64,000 bases of DNA from an uncultured Acetatifactor sp. (lineage in GTDB: Bacteria > Bacillota > Clostridia > Lachnospirales > Lachnospiraceae), in NCBI GenBank assembly GCA_910578815.1, contig CAJTSE010000007.1, positions 103,739 to 167,738 of the forward strand, given 5' to 3'. Below, piece by piece: positions 18,644-27,119 of the stretch (positions within the stretch are counted from its first letter, which is position 1; each line of letters starts with the position of its first letter). The notes under the pieces are model-generated. The model was not told the origin of the DNA and made no database searches. It was given only the letters and a program-made list of their open reading frames with translations. The position numbers and the translations under genes were made by a program.

Positions 18644-18722
18644 ACTGTCTCCACGGCATCAAACTAAAGTTTCAGGGAGGCGGCTCCGCCGCTTCCCACA
18701 TAAAATAAAGGAGGAAATTACT

Positions 18723-18965
18723 ATGGCAACAAGTGCTGCACAGGTTGATAACCTTGTAAATTTATTGGACGGCTATGCTACTAAGGGCGGCCATCATTTG
18801 AATGTAAACGTTCTTAACAGAGATACTCTGCTGGACGCTCAGAAGCATCCAGAGAATTATCCTCAGTTGACCATCCGTGTGTCCGGTTATGCAGTAAACT
18901 TTATAAAACTGACACCCGAACAGCAGGCTGACGTTATTTCCCGTACGTTCCACGAAGCGATCTAA
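18723..18965 (+). CDS. Stand-alone glycyl-radical domain protein (80 aa, GrcA/YfiD-like; equals the C-terminus of PFL)
   Basis: [59 protein letters not shown] contains the RVSGY radical glycine loop. AAGGAGG RBS 8 nt upstream. Confidence 0.9.
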   Translation: MATSAAQVDNLVNLLDGYATKGGHHLNVNVLNRDTLLDAQKHPENYPQLTIRVSGYAVNFIKLTPEQQADVISRTFHEAI

Positions 18966-18984
18966 GGATTGCTTATACAATTAT

Positions 18985-19017
18985 CCCTGGGCAGCTTTCC
19001 TGCCCGGGGTCTTTTTT
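18985..19017 (+). terminator. Rho-independent terminator or attenuator between the radical-domain gene and pflA
   Basis: CCCTGGGCAG-ctttc-CTGCCCGGGG followed by TCTTTTTT. Confidence 0.75.
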
Positions 19018-19052
19018 ATCGCTTGTAATACTTTGAAACAGGAGGGAAATTT

Positions 19053-19817
19053 ATGCAGGGCAGAATTCATTCTCTGGAAAGCTTCGGAACCGTAGACGGC
19101 CCCGGCACACGTTTTGTAGTCTTTGTGCAGGGATGCCCCATGCGCTGCGCCTATTGCCATAACCCGGATACCTGGGATATGAACGGCGGCAGCCTCATGG
19201 AACCGTCTTACATCATTGAACAGTACGAAAGAAACAGCGCTTTTTATGCCAACGGCGGCGGCTTAACCGTTACCGGCGGTGAACCGCTGATGCAGGTGGA
19301 TTTTCTGATTGAGCTGTTCACTCTGGCGAAGGAACGCGGTATCCACACATGTATCGACTCTTCCGGAATAGCCTATAATCCGGACAATGCCGCCCTTTGC
19401 GAAAAGTTTGACAAACTCATGGGCTTTACGGATCTTGTGATGCTGGACATCAAACATATTGACCCTGAAAAACATCGTGAGCTGACTGCACAGCCCAATG
19501 TCAATATACTAAAATTTGCTGAATATCTGAACGAAAAGCATGTGGATATGTGGATACGCCATGTAGTTGTGCCAGGCATTACGGATGATGACAAATATCT
19601 CTTTGACCTGGGATACTTTATCGGTCAGTTCGAGAACCTGAAAGCCTTGGATGTACTTCCCTATCATACCATGGGCGAAAAGAAGTACGAAAGCCTGGGT
19701 ATGGAATACAAATTAAAAGGTGTTCCAGCCATGGATAAAACAAAATTGCTGGAAAAAAAGCAGGTTGTTTTGGACGGTATCAGAAAGCGCAGGGAAGATT
19801 TCAAAGCCCGCGGTTAG
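19053..19817 (+). CDS. pflA: Pyruvate formate-lyase activating enzyme (radical SAM)
   Basis: GTVDGPGTRFVVFVQGCPMRCAYCHNPDTW carries the CX3CX2C cluster and the typical PflA N-terminus. Confidence 0.95.
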   Translation: MQGRIHSLESFGTVDGPGTRFVVFVQGCPMRCAYCHNPDTWDMNGGSLMEPSYIIEQYERNSAFYANGGGLTVTGGEPLMQVDFLIELFTLAKERGIHTCIDSSGIAYNPDNAALCEKFDKLMGFTDLVMLDIKHIDPEKHRELTAQPNVNILKFAEYLNEKHVDMWIRHVVVPGITDDDKYLFDLGYFIGQFENLKALDVLPYHTMGEKKYESLGMEYKLKGVPAMDKTKLLEKKQVVLDGIRKRREDFKARG

Positions 19818-19929
19818 TTATACCAAAATATACTTTTTATCATTTTCATGTTGTAATTATACATGTTTTATATTACAATAGTTTTTGGAAATTGATTTAC
19901 TTGTATCAGACAATAAGGAGGATAAGATT

Positions 19930-20100
19930 ATGGCATATGAAATCGGTGATGCGTGCGTGGCTTGCGGTGCATGCGAGTCTCAGTGCCCTGTCGGTGCGAT
20001 CAGCATGGGGGACGGTAAGTTTGAGATTGATGCTGACAAGTGCATTGATTGTGGTTCCTGCGCGGGACAGTGCCCTGTTGGCGCGATTTCGGAAGCATAA
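19930..20100 (+). CDS. 2x[4Fe-4S] ferredoxin (56 aa)
   Basis: Two CxxCxxCxxxCP motifs (CVACGACESQCP, CIDCGSCAGQCP). AAGGAGGA RBS upstream of ATG 19930. Confidence 0.9.
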   Translation: MAYEIGDACVACGACESQCPVGAISMGDGKFEIDADKCIDCGSCAGQCPVGAISEA

Positions 20101-20134
20101 AAGAGTGCGCTGCTTCCTATTAGGCAAAGAAAAA

Positions 20135-20168
20135 GGCATCTCTTTATGAGGTGCCCTTCTTTTTTTTC
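20135..20168 (+). terminator. Putative terminator after the ferredoxin gene (overlaps the 3' end of the convergent MerR gene)
   Basis: GGCATCTC-tttat-GAGGTGCC (one G-U pair) followed by CTTCTTTTTTTT. Confidence 0.5.
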
Positions 20169-20908
20169 CTTAGTCCGAACTTCTTCCCGGCTTTTTTCCT
20201 TATAAGCTCGTCCATCCTTTTATAATGCTCTTCATCTCTCTCCTGCAGCATTTTATCTCTGCGCTCTTCACGCTCTTCCTGCATTCTGAACTGATAATCA
20301 AGCTCCTTCACCACGCTTTCCTTGATTTCCCGGCAAAGCTCTTCATTGTTTTCCTGTAAGGTTTCCTTAATCAGCTGCTGCAGCAGCCACTGTAACCTCT
20401 TGGATTTCTCTTCCTTGGACTCGGTAGCCAGCCCGCCGCCTGCCTGCACAATATCCGTGCCCGTGGCCGAAAGCACTTTTTCTGCCTGTTCATCCCCCCC
20501 ATCCTGACCGTTTCCTGCCGCCTGTTCATCCGCCACAACCCGTCCGTTTCCTGCAGTCATAGCATTAATTACAGTCTGTTCCTTTACCGCAGCTTGTCCA
20601 CTTTCTCCGACACCTTGTTTGCCAATATTTGCGGCCTCTTCAACGGCCTTGTTAAGATCCCCTGGCTGACCGGACAGCAGATCCAGCTTTCCATCCTTCA
20701 AAATCATTTTTATCGCCTTCAACTGTAATCCCCTCTCTTTCATTCCTTTAATGGTTTTGAAGCGTTCCACATCTTCATTTGTGTAGTATCGGTGCCCCAG
20801 CTCATTCCGCTTGATAGGAAGGTGCAGTTCTTCCTCCCAGTACCTCAGCACATGACTCTCCACCTCAACCGCCTTCGCCGCATCAGAAATAAACAAATAG
20901 TTTCCCAT
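20144..20908 (-). CDS. MerR-family transcriptional regulator with a long Gln/Ala/Glu-rich C-terminal region
   Basis: FISDAAKAVEVESHVLRYWEEELHLPIKRNELGHRYYTNEDVERFKTIKGMKERGLQLKAIK is a MerR winged-HTH. Start set at MGNY (ATG 20908). Confidence 0.85.
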   Translation of the reverse strand: MGNYLFISDAAKAVEVESHVLRYWEEELHLPIKRNELGHRYYTNEDVERFKTIKGMKERGLQLKAIKMILKDGKLDLLSGQPGDLNKAVEEAANIGKQGVGESGQAAVKEQTVINAMTAGNGRVVADEQAAGNGQDGGDEQAEKVLSATGTDIVQAGGGLATESKEEKSKRLQWLLQQLIKETLQENNEELCREIKESVVKELDYQFRMQEEREERRDKMLQERDEEHYKRMDELIRKKAGKKFGLRKKKKGTS

Positions 20909-20974
20909 AATATCTCCTTTCTCCAAATAAAAAAGAGAATAAGCCCTTTGCCCATTCTCTTTCGTAACTCAATG

Positions 20975-22327
20975 CTAAAAATCATCTTTTCTTCTTGCTT
21001 CCAGATTGGCAAACCTGGTATATTCCGGCAGCCATGCCAGCTTCACCGTACCGATAGGGCCGTTTCTCTGCTTGGCAATAATCACTTCGGAAATCCCCGC
21101 CTCCGGGGAATCATGATTATAATAATCATCTCTGTACAAGAACATCACTACGTCCGCATCCTGCTCAATGGCTCCCGACTCTCTTAAATCCGAGAGCATC
21201 GGCCTGTGATCCGGCCGCTGCTCCACCGCACGGGATAGCTGAGATAATGCCACTACCGGCACGTTCAACTCCCTCGCCAAAGCCTTCAGGGACCGGGATA
21301 TATCCGAAATCTCCTGCTGCCTGGATTCCGTTCTGCTGCCGCCACCCGTCATCAGCTGCAGATAATCTATCATAACAATAGCCATATTATGTTCCAGCTT
21401 ATACTTCCTGCATTTGGATCGAAGCTCCGAAATGCTGATTCCTGGCGTATCATCAATTATCAGGTGAGACTTTCCGATCGTTCCCGCGCTTTCAATCAGC
21501 CGTTCCCATTCCTGATCGTTCAACTGTCCTGTACGAAGCTTTTGAGCGTCTACGCCGGACTCCTGAGAAAACATACGGTTTACCAGCTGTTCCTTGCTCA
21601 TTTCCAGGCTGAATAAAGCTACCGTCATATCCTTTCGAAAAGCCATATATTGAGCCAAATTCAGCTCAAAGGCCGTTTTTCCCATAGAAGGACGGGCCGC
21701 CACCAGGATCAGATCCGAGGGCTGAAATCCTGCGGTCCGATAATCCAGATCAATAAACCCGGTAGGTATCCCGGTAACGTTTCCCTTATTCTTTGCCGCC
21801 ATCTCGATCCTGTCCATGGCATTCATAACAATCTGACGCACCGGTACAAAATTATCCGTATTGCGCCTTTGCACCAGCTGAAAAACTCTTTTTTCCGTAT
21901 CCTCCAATATGTATTCCAGGCTCTCCCTGCCTGCATAGCAGGTATTGGCAATCTCTTCATTCAGGCGGATCAGCCTGCGGAGTGTAGCTTTTTCCGCTAC
22001 AATATTGGCATAATATTTGATGTTTGCAGAGGTAGGCACCGCTGTAATCAAATCCCGGACAAACTCCAGGCTGCTGACCTCCGGCGGCACATCCTTTTCT
22101 TTAAGCTTATTCTGCAAAGTTACCAAATCCACAGGATTTCCGGCATCATTTAACTCCACCATGGTTTCATAAAGAATGCCGTACTGCCTGTTATAAAAAT
22201 CTTCACCTGTGATCAGCTCGGATGCCACCACGATGGCTTCCCTGTCCATGATCATGGAGCCTATAACGGACTGCTCCGCCTCCACACTGTGAGGCAGTAT
22301 CCTTTTAATTACGTTTTCTTCCGGCAT
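20975..22327 (-). CDS. dnaB: Replicative DNA helicase
   Basis: LPHSVEAEQSVIGSMIMD N-domain, Walker A ARPSMGKT, and the RecA-like C-domain motifs. Confidence 0.95.
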   Translation of the reverse strand: MPEENVIKRILPHSVEAEQSVIGSMIMDREAIVVASELITGEDFYNRQYGILYETMVELNDAGNPVDLVTLQNKLKEKDVPPEVSSLEFVRDLITAVPTSANIKYYANIVAEKATLRRLIRLNEEIANTCYAGRESLEYILEDTEKRVFQLVQRRNTDNFVPVRQIVMNAMDRIEMAAKNKGNVTGIPTGFIDLDYRTAGFQPSDLILVAARPSMGKTAFELNLAQYMAFRKDMTVALFSLEMSKEQLVNRMFSQESGVDAQKLRTGQLNDQEWERLIESAGTIGKSHLIIDDTPGISISELRSKCRKYKLEHNMAIVMIDYLQLMTGGGSRTESRQQEISDISRSLKALARELNVPVVALSQLSRAVEQRPDHRPMLSDLRESGAIEQDADVVMFLYRDDYYNHDSPEAGISEVIIAKQRNGPIGTVKLAWLPEYTRFANLEARRKDDF

Positions 22328-22331
22328 AGGC

Positions 22332-22784
22332 CTATCCTTCTTGCGTTGTTACTTTTACCGTTATCTTACCGGTGACCTGAGGATGAAGTTTGGCTGAAAC
22401 CTCATAACTGCCCAGATTTTTCAGTGCCTCCGGAAGCTGAAGCTTCTTCTTGTCAACATCAATACCATACTGCTCCTTCAACGCTGTGGAAATTTCCTTT
22501 GCGGACACGGAACCAAATGTCTTACCACCCTCTCCCGCTTTGATCCTTACTTCCACAATCTTTTCCTCCAGCTGCGCCGCAAGCTCCTTAGCCGCCGCAA
22601 GCTGTTCCCTGGCAATCTTTTCATTATTTGCCTTTTTGAGCTTTAAATCATTCATATTTGCAGGAGTCGCCTCCACACCGATCTTCTTCGGCAGGATATA
22701 ATTCCTTGCATAGCCCTCACTGACCTCAACAAGGTCGCCCTTTTTTCCCAGTTTTTTCTCATCCTGTTGTAATATAATCTTCAT
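22332..22784 (-). CDS. rplI: 50S ribosomal protein L9
   Basis: MKIILQQDEKKLGKKGDLVEVSEGYARNYILPKKIG is the canonical L9 N-terminus. Confidence 0.95.
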   Translation of the reverse strand: MKIILQQDEKKLGKKGDLVEVSEGYARNYILPKKIGVEATPANMNDLKLKKANNEKIAREQLAAAKELAAQLEEKIVEVRIKAGEGGKTFGSVSAKEISTALKEQYGIDVDKKKLQLPEALKNLGSYEVSAKLHPQVTGKITVKVTTQEG

Positions 22785-22804
22785 CCTTATCTCTGCTCTC
22801 CAAT

Positions 22805-22990
22805 CTTTTGATCTGAACTTCTTTTATCCTATATTTCTTTTATCTTACATTTCTTTCATTTCGAATTCCGTTTATCCTACTTTCTGTTGTCTTACATTTA
22901 TTTCATTCTGAAATTCTTTTATCCGACATTTTTTATTTTACATTTCTTTCATTCCAAATTTCTTTCATCCTGCACTTCTTTCATCTTAAA
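22805..22990. repeat. Degenerate pyrimidine-rich tandem repeat, about 12 units of 14-17 nt (plus-strand consensus TTTCTTTYATYYTRMA) between gdpP and rplI
   Basis: Successive units: cttcttttatcctata / tttcttttatcttaca / tttctttcatttcgaa / ... / tttctttcatcctgca / cttctttcatcttaaa. Confidence 0.8.
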
Positions 22991-23001
22991 TATCACTGAG
23001 T

Positions 23002-25053
23002 TTAAATTTCACTGTTCTCCAGCATAGAATCAATGGTCCGCTTGAGTACTCCGATAGCTTCGATCACACCCATACCTTCCATCTGGCAGGCCGCCGTGCT
23101 CAAATGTCCGCCGCCGCCCATCCTTTCCATGATAATCTGTACATTCACCTCATCTATGGAGCGGGCACTGATATACACCTTGCCCTGATAATCTGTAAGT
23201 ACAAAACTTGCCTTGATCCCCTTAATGTTGAGCAGCTCATTTGCCGCCTGTGCCCCGATGATCGTAGGGCTTGGAAGCTCTTCTGCCGTACAGATAGAAA
23301 TGGCAAAATACTGTTTATAGATTTCCGCCTGGCTGACCGCATCCGCCTTTGCCTTATATTCCAGCGCATCCTCCCGAAACAGCTTCCGCACCCGCGTCAC
23401 ATCCGCGCCATTCCGCCGCAGGAATGCTGCTGCTTCAAATGTACGCACACCTGTCTTTGTCATAAAATTATTTGTGTCCACCATAATCCCAGAATACATG
23501 CAATCCGCTTCTTCCGTGCGAATTTTGATATTGTCATAGGTATACTGCAATATCTCGGATACCATTTCGGAAGCCGAGGACGCATAGGGCTCCACGTAGG
23601 AAAGAGTAGCGTTTTCAATGGTTTCCGCCCCCTGTCTGTGATGATCCAGTACTACCACGGACTTGCAGAAACGTAAAAGATCCGGGCATTCCGTAATGGA
23701 GGGTTTATTTACATCCACCACCACCAGCACACAGTTACCCCCTGCCGCTTCGATGGCCTGCTGGCTGCCGATAATCATATCCTCTTCATACTCCGGATTA
23801 TTCCGGAACATGTCCACCATGGGCTGAATACTGGGCGGTACTTCGTTTAATACAATATATGCCCTTCGCTCCAGCGTCCGGGCCGCACGGTAGATTCCTA
23901 CGGCTGCACCGAAACTGTCTGCATCCGGCATCCTGTGTCCCATCACCAGTACCAGATCCTTACCTGTAATGATTTCCCTGAGGGCATGCGCCTTTACCCT
24001 GGCCTTCACCCGTGTATTCTTTTCTACCTGCTGACTCTTACCGCCATAATAAATTATGCTCTCCGGCGTCTTGATCACCGCCTGGTCTCCGCCGCGTCCT
24101 AATGCCAAATCTATGGCATTGCGGGCAAATTCATAATTCTGAGCATATGTAAGCCCATCCAGTCCGATGCCCATGCTGATGGTCACCGCCATCTCGTTGC
24201 CGATATTTACGGTCTTCACATCCTCCAAAAGATCAAAACGGTTCTCCTGCAGCTCCGCCACCATCTTCTTTCTCAGGATAATAAGATACTTATCCTTTTC
24301 CAGCTTCTTACAGATACCGTCAAAGGCGGAAATATATTTATTGATCTTCCTCTCGATCAGGGCAATCAACAGGGAACGCCTGACCTCTTCCACACTCTCA
24401 AGAGCTTCCTCGTAATTGTCCAGATAAACCATTCCCACTGCAAGACTCTGGTCGTCCACCTCCTGCAGCGCAATATGCAGAGCCGTCTCGTCATACAGGT
24501 ACACTGCAATCAGATACCCGTTATAATCTCTGGCTTCGATCATATCGCTGTGTTCTGCCATCTCTTTTAAAGAGATTTTCTTAAATTTCGCAACATACTC
24601 GCCGCCCTCGTATTCCAGTTCATACTGTGCCTCATCCAGGCCGCTGTCATCCGGCAGGCGGTCCCTGGTAATCGTGGGAAACAGTGATGTGATAGACTTA
24701 CTGTAACCCTTTGGCTGCTTCACCACCGCCTCAAACGCGCTATTGGTCCAGATCACCTTCCCGTTGTCGTCCAGCAGTGCATAAGGCAGGTCCATATCAC
24801 GCAGCAGCTTTCTCTGTATCTGTCCGTACTCCGTGGCAAAACTGATCAGCTCGTTCATGATAATGGGCTTATTGTAAAAATATAGAGACAACGTAATGAT
24901 ATAATAAACAACGGTATAGCCTGTCAGCAGCAGACCGGCCTGCAAATTAATCAGATACACGGCCACATCCACAAAAAGAAGCAATATACCTAAGTAAATG
25001 CTGAACTGTATATAGGACTTAATATGGCCCTTCAGCCTGATTCTCTTTTTCAT
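23002..25053 (-). CDS. gdpP: Cyclic-di-AMP phosphodiesterase GdpP (YybT): 2 TM, PAS-like, degenerate GGDEF, DHH/DHHA1
   Basis: Two N-terminal TM helices, VLVMGHRMPDADSFGAAVG (DHH-family DxD), HHRQ, and C-terminal GGGGH (DHHA1). Conserved gdpP-rplI-dnaB order. Confidence 0.9.
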   Translation of the reverse strand: MKKRIRLKGHIKSYIQFSIYLGILLLFVDVAVYLINLQAGLLLTGYTVVYYIITLSLYFYNKPIIMNELISFATEYGQIQRKLLRDMDLPYALLDDNGKVIWTNSAFEAVVKQPKGYSKSITSLFPTITRDRLPDDSGLDEAQYELEYEGGEYVAKFKKISLKEMAEHSDMIEARDYNGYLIAVYLYDETALHIALQEVDDQSLAVGMVYLDNYEEALESVEEVRRSLLIALIERKINKYISAFDGICKKLEKDKYLIILRKKMVAELQENRFDLLEDVKTVNIGNEMAVTISMGIGLDGLTYAQNYEFARNAIDLALGRGGDQAVIKTPESIIYYGGKSQQVEKNTRVKARVKAHALREIITGKDLVLVMGHRMPDADSFGAAVGIYRAARTLERRAYIVLNEVPPSIQPMVDMFRNNPEYEEDMIIGSQQAIEAAGGNCVLVVVDVNKPSITECPDLLRFCKSVVVLDHHRQGAETIENATLSYVEPYASSASEMVSEILQYTYDNIKIRTEEADCMYSGIMVDTNNFMTKTGVRTFEAAAFLRRNGADVTRVRKLFREDALEYKAKADAVSQAEIYKQYFAISICTAEELPSPTIIGAQAANELLNIKGIKASFVLTDYQGKVYISARSIDEVNVQIIMERMGGGGHLSTAACQMEGMGVIEAIGVLKRTIDSMLENSEI

Positions 25054-25137
25054 CTGAATACACTCCTCAAATTAAAGCTATTATATCATAAATACAAATA
25101 CTATGCTACAAAAATTAATTTGTCAAAAAAGCCTGTC

Positions 25138-25170
25138 AAAAAAGGAGATGTTTTGCCATCTCCTTTTTGA
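25138..25170 (-). terminator. Terminator after the GH35 gene
   Basis: AAAGGAGATG-ttttgc-CATCTCCTTT flanked by A and T runs, 35 nt beyond the GH35 stop. Confidence 0.7.
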
Positions 25171-25204
25171 CTGATCTATCTGTTTCTTTATACCTTCCGC
25201 CGGC

Positions 25205-26950
25205 CTAACCGATGTTTGGTTCGCTTAAGAAGCTAATTTCCCCCGTACTGCGGCCCTCGGTTTCAAATACAATGATTTCATTTTTTCCCGGCCGCAATAA
25301 CGGCGCCGGGATATACAGCCTCTTCTGGGGCCCGATCTCCCAGAATCTGCCGATGTTGAAGCCGTTTACAAAAACGCAGCCCTTGCCCCAGCCTTCCAGC
25401 TCCAGGAAGGTATCTCCCGTTTCCTCCGCCTGCAGCTCAAAACGGTAAAATGCCGGCAGCCCTTCCGTATATCCCCGGCTGAAATCCAGCTTCTCCAAAT
25501 TATCAAGGGGCAGGCAGTACTGCTGCCAGTGATGGTGCATATGCCCGTTAATCTGGACGCAGCCGTCAATTCCCTTGCGCTGTTCCTCCATGCCGGGACC
25601 AAAATTCACCCGGCCCATATTTTCCATCAGGATGCTCAGCTCGTCGCCGGGCTCCGCCTCGGCACTGATTTTATGTTCTTCCAGCAATTCCCTGTCATAT
25701 AGATCAAGCAGCCTTTTTCCCTTCAGAAAAATATTTGCCCTGTCATTGGCCCTGTGCAGACGGATTTTCTCCAGCCTGCGCTCATTTTGAATTTTTGAGA
25801 CATAAAGAACATAGCCGTAATACTGCCCCAGCCGCTCCATGGACCGGGTGCTGACGCTTTCCACCGGCTCCGCTATATCCTGCAGGGCCTGAAAAAGTCC
25901 CACCTTTCCCGTCTCTTTTACGCTGCCGTACGCCTTTTTGATGATTTTGGTACTGAACTCAACCTGTGGCACAGGCGCATATTTCCCGATGATCTCACGA
26001 TAAACCCGGTACTTTTCCGTAAAGTCCCCCGCCTCGGTCAAAACCGCGTCATAATCATAAGAGGTGACATCCGGCGTCAAAGCATCATAATAGTTGGAAC
26101 CGTTCATAAAGCCAAAGTTTGTGCCGCCGATAAACATATAGACGTTTACATGTCCGGTCCTCAGCATCTCGTCCAGATCCGCCGCACTCTGATTAAGATT
26201 TCCCCGCATATGTCCGCCGTTGCCCCAATGGTCAAACCAGCCCACCCAGAACTCTGCGCACATCAGGGGACCGCCCTTTACATGCTTCTTCAGAATCTCA
26301 AAGCGTTCCTTCGTATGAGAGCCAAAATTCCCCGTGGGAAGCGCTCCCTCCACGCTGCCGCCCTCCAGGCTTTCGTCCGTGGGGCCGTCCGAGGTAATCA
26401 AAGGCACCTTGATCCCGCCTGCGCGCAGCAGATCCCGCATCTGCTCCATATACTGCCTGTCATTTCCGAAATACCCGTATTCGTTTTCTATCTGCATGAG
26501 AATGACGTTTCCGCCCTCCGTGATCTGCAGCGGCTCTAAAATGGGCAGCAACACCTGATAATATTCCTGCACATGCTTCATAAAGACCGGATCGCTCACC
26601 CGCAGCCGCATTCCCTCGCCGGACAGAAGCCAGCCCGGAAGCCCTCCGAACTCCCACTCCGCACAGATATAAGGGGATGGCCTTAAGATTACATACAACC
26701 CAAGCTCTTCCGCCAGCTTCACAAATTTTACCACATCACACAGGCCGTCAAAAACGAATTTCCCCTTCTCCGGTTCGTGCATATTCCAGGGAATATACGT
26801 CTCCACCGTGTTCATCCCTATGCTTTTTAGCTTCTCCAGCCTATCCCGCCAGTATTCCGGCACAACGCGGAAGTAATGAATGCTTCCGGAAATAATCCGA
26901 AACGGTTTCCCGTCCAGATAAAAAGTTTCTTTGATTTCAAATGTACTCAT
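25205..26950 (-). CDS. Beta-galactosidase, glycoside hydrolase family 35
   Basis: FRIISGSIHYFRVVPEYWRDRLEKLKSIGMNTVETYIPWNMHEP...QIENEYG is the GH35 N-terminal TIM-barrel signature with the acid/base Glu. Confidence 0.85.
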   Translation of the reverse strand: MSTFEIKETFYLDGKPFRIISGSIHYFRVVPEYWRDRLEKLKSIGMNTVETYIPWNMHEPEKGKFVFDGLCDVVKFVKLAEELGLYVILRPSPYICAEWEFGGLPGWLLSGEGMRLRVSDPVFMKHVQEYYQVLLPILEPLQITEGGNVILMQIENEYGYFGNDRQYMEQMRDLLRAGGIKVPLITSDGPTDESLEGGSVEGALPTGNFGSHTKERFEILKKHVKGGPLMCAEFWVGWFDHWGNGGHMRGNLNQSAADLDEMLRTGHVNVYMFIGGTNFGFMNGSNYYDALTPDVTSYDYDAVLTEAGDFTEKYRVYREIIGKYAPVPQVEFSTKIIKKAYGSVKETGKVGLFQALQDIAEPVESVSTRSMERLGQYYGYVLYVSKIQNERRLEKIRLHRANDRANIFLKGKRLLDLYDRELLEEHKISAEAEPGDELSILMENMGRVNFGPGMEEQRKGIDGCVQINGHMHHHWQQYCLPLDNLEKLDFSRGYTEGLPAFYRFELQAEETGDTFLELEGWGKGCVFVNGFNIGRFWEIGPQKRLYIPAPLLRPGKNEIIVFETEGRSTGEISFLSEPNIG

Positions 26951-27031
26951 ACTTTGTCTTCCTTATAAAAATTGTATCATGGTATATACTTACATTCGGC
27001 ACAAACCAATCCCATAGAATTAAAGTTCATG

Positions 27032-27117
27032 GAAGAACGCTGACCTTGCGTTCTTCAAGGCGAAACTTAGATTTTCTTAGGCTGGTATTTTCCAGCCTTA
27101 GAAAATCCTTTCGCCTT
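27032..27117 (-). repeat. Twin stem-loop module immediately after the GH30 stop (copy with a nested extra hairpin)
   Basis: GAAGAACGC-tgacctt-GCGTTCTTC (27032-27056). Also AAGGCGAAA...TTTCGCCTT (27057-27117), which encloses the inner stem ATTTTCTTAGGCTGG / CCAGCCTTAGAAAAT. Confidence 0.75.
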
Positions 27118-27119
27118 TC

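Noticed and set aside
18410-18722. The split in pflB might be a sequencing frameshift, a self-splicing intron or an intein.
   Set aside because: There are two in-frame TAA stops and a ~310-nt insert, not a 1-2-nt indel. Both downstream ORFs have their own Shine-Dalgarno sequences. There are no intein splice-junction blocks, the insert is far too short to encode one, and no group I/II intron-like structure is evident. Read-level confirmation is still advisable.
18498-18722. Long version of ORF 18498-18965 (155 aa), starting inside the 67-aa ORF.
   Set aside because: The first 75 codons are an out-of-frame read-through of the small ORF and the spacer (Arg/Trp-rich nonsense). PFL homology and the RBS begin at ATG 18723.
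22805-22990. The pyrimidine-rich repeat might be a small-protein gene or a CRISPR-like array.
   Set aside because: No ORF of meaningful length and no spacer structure. The units are short (14-17 nt) and degenerate.
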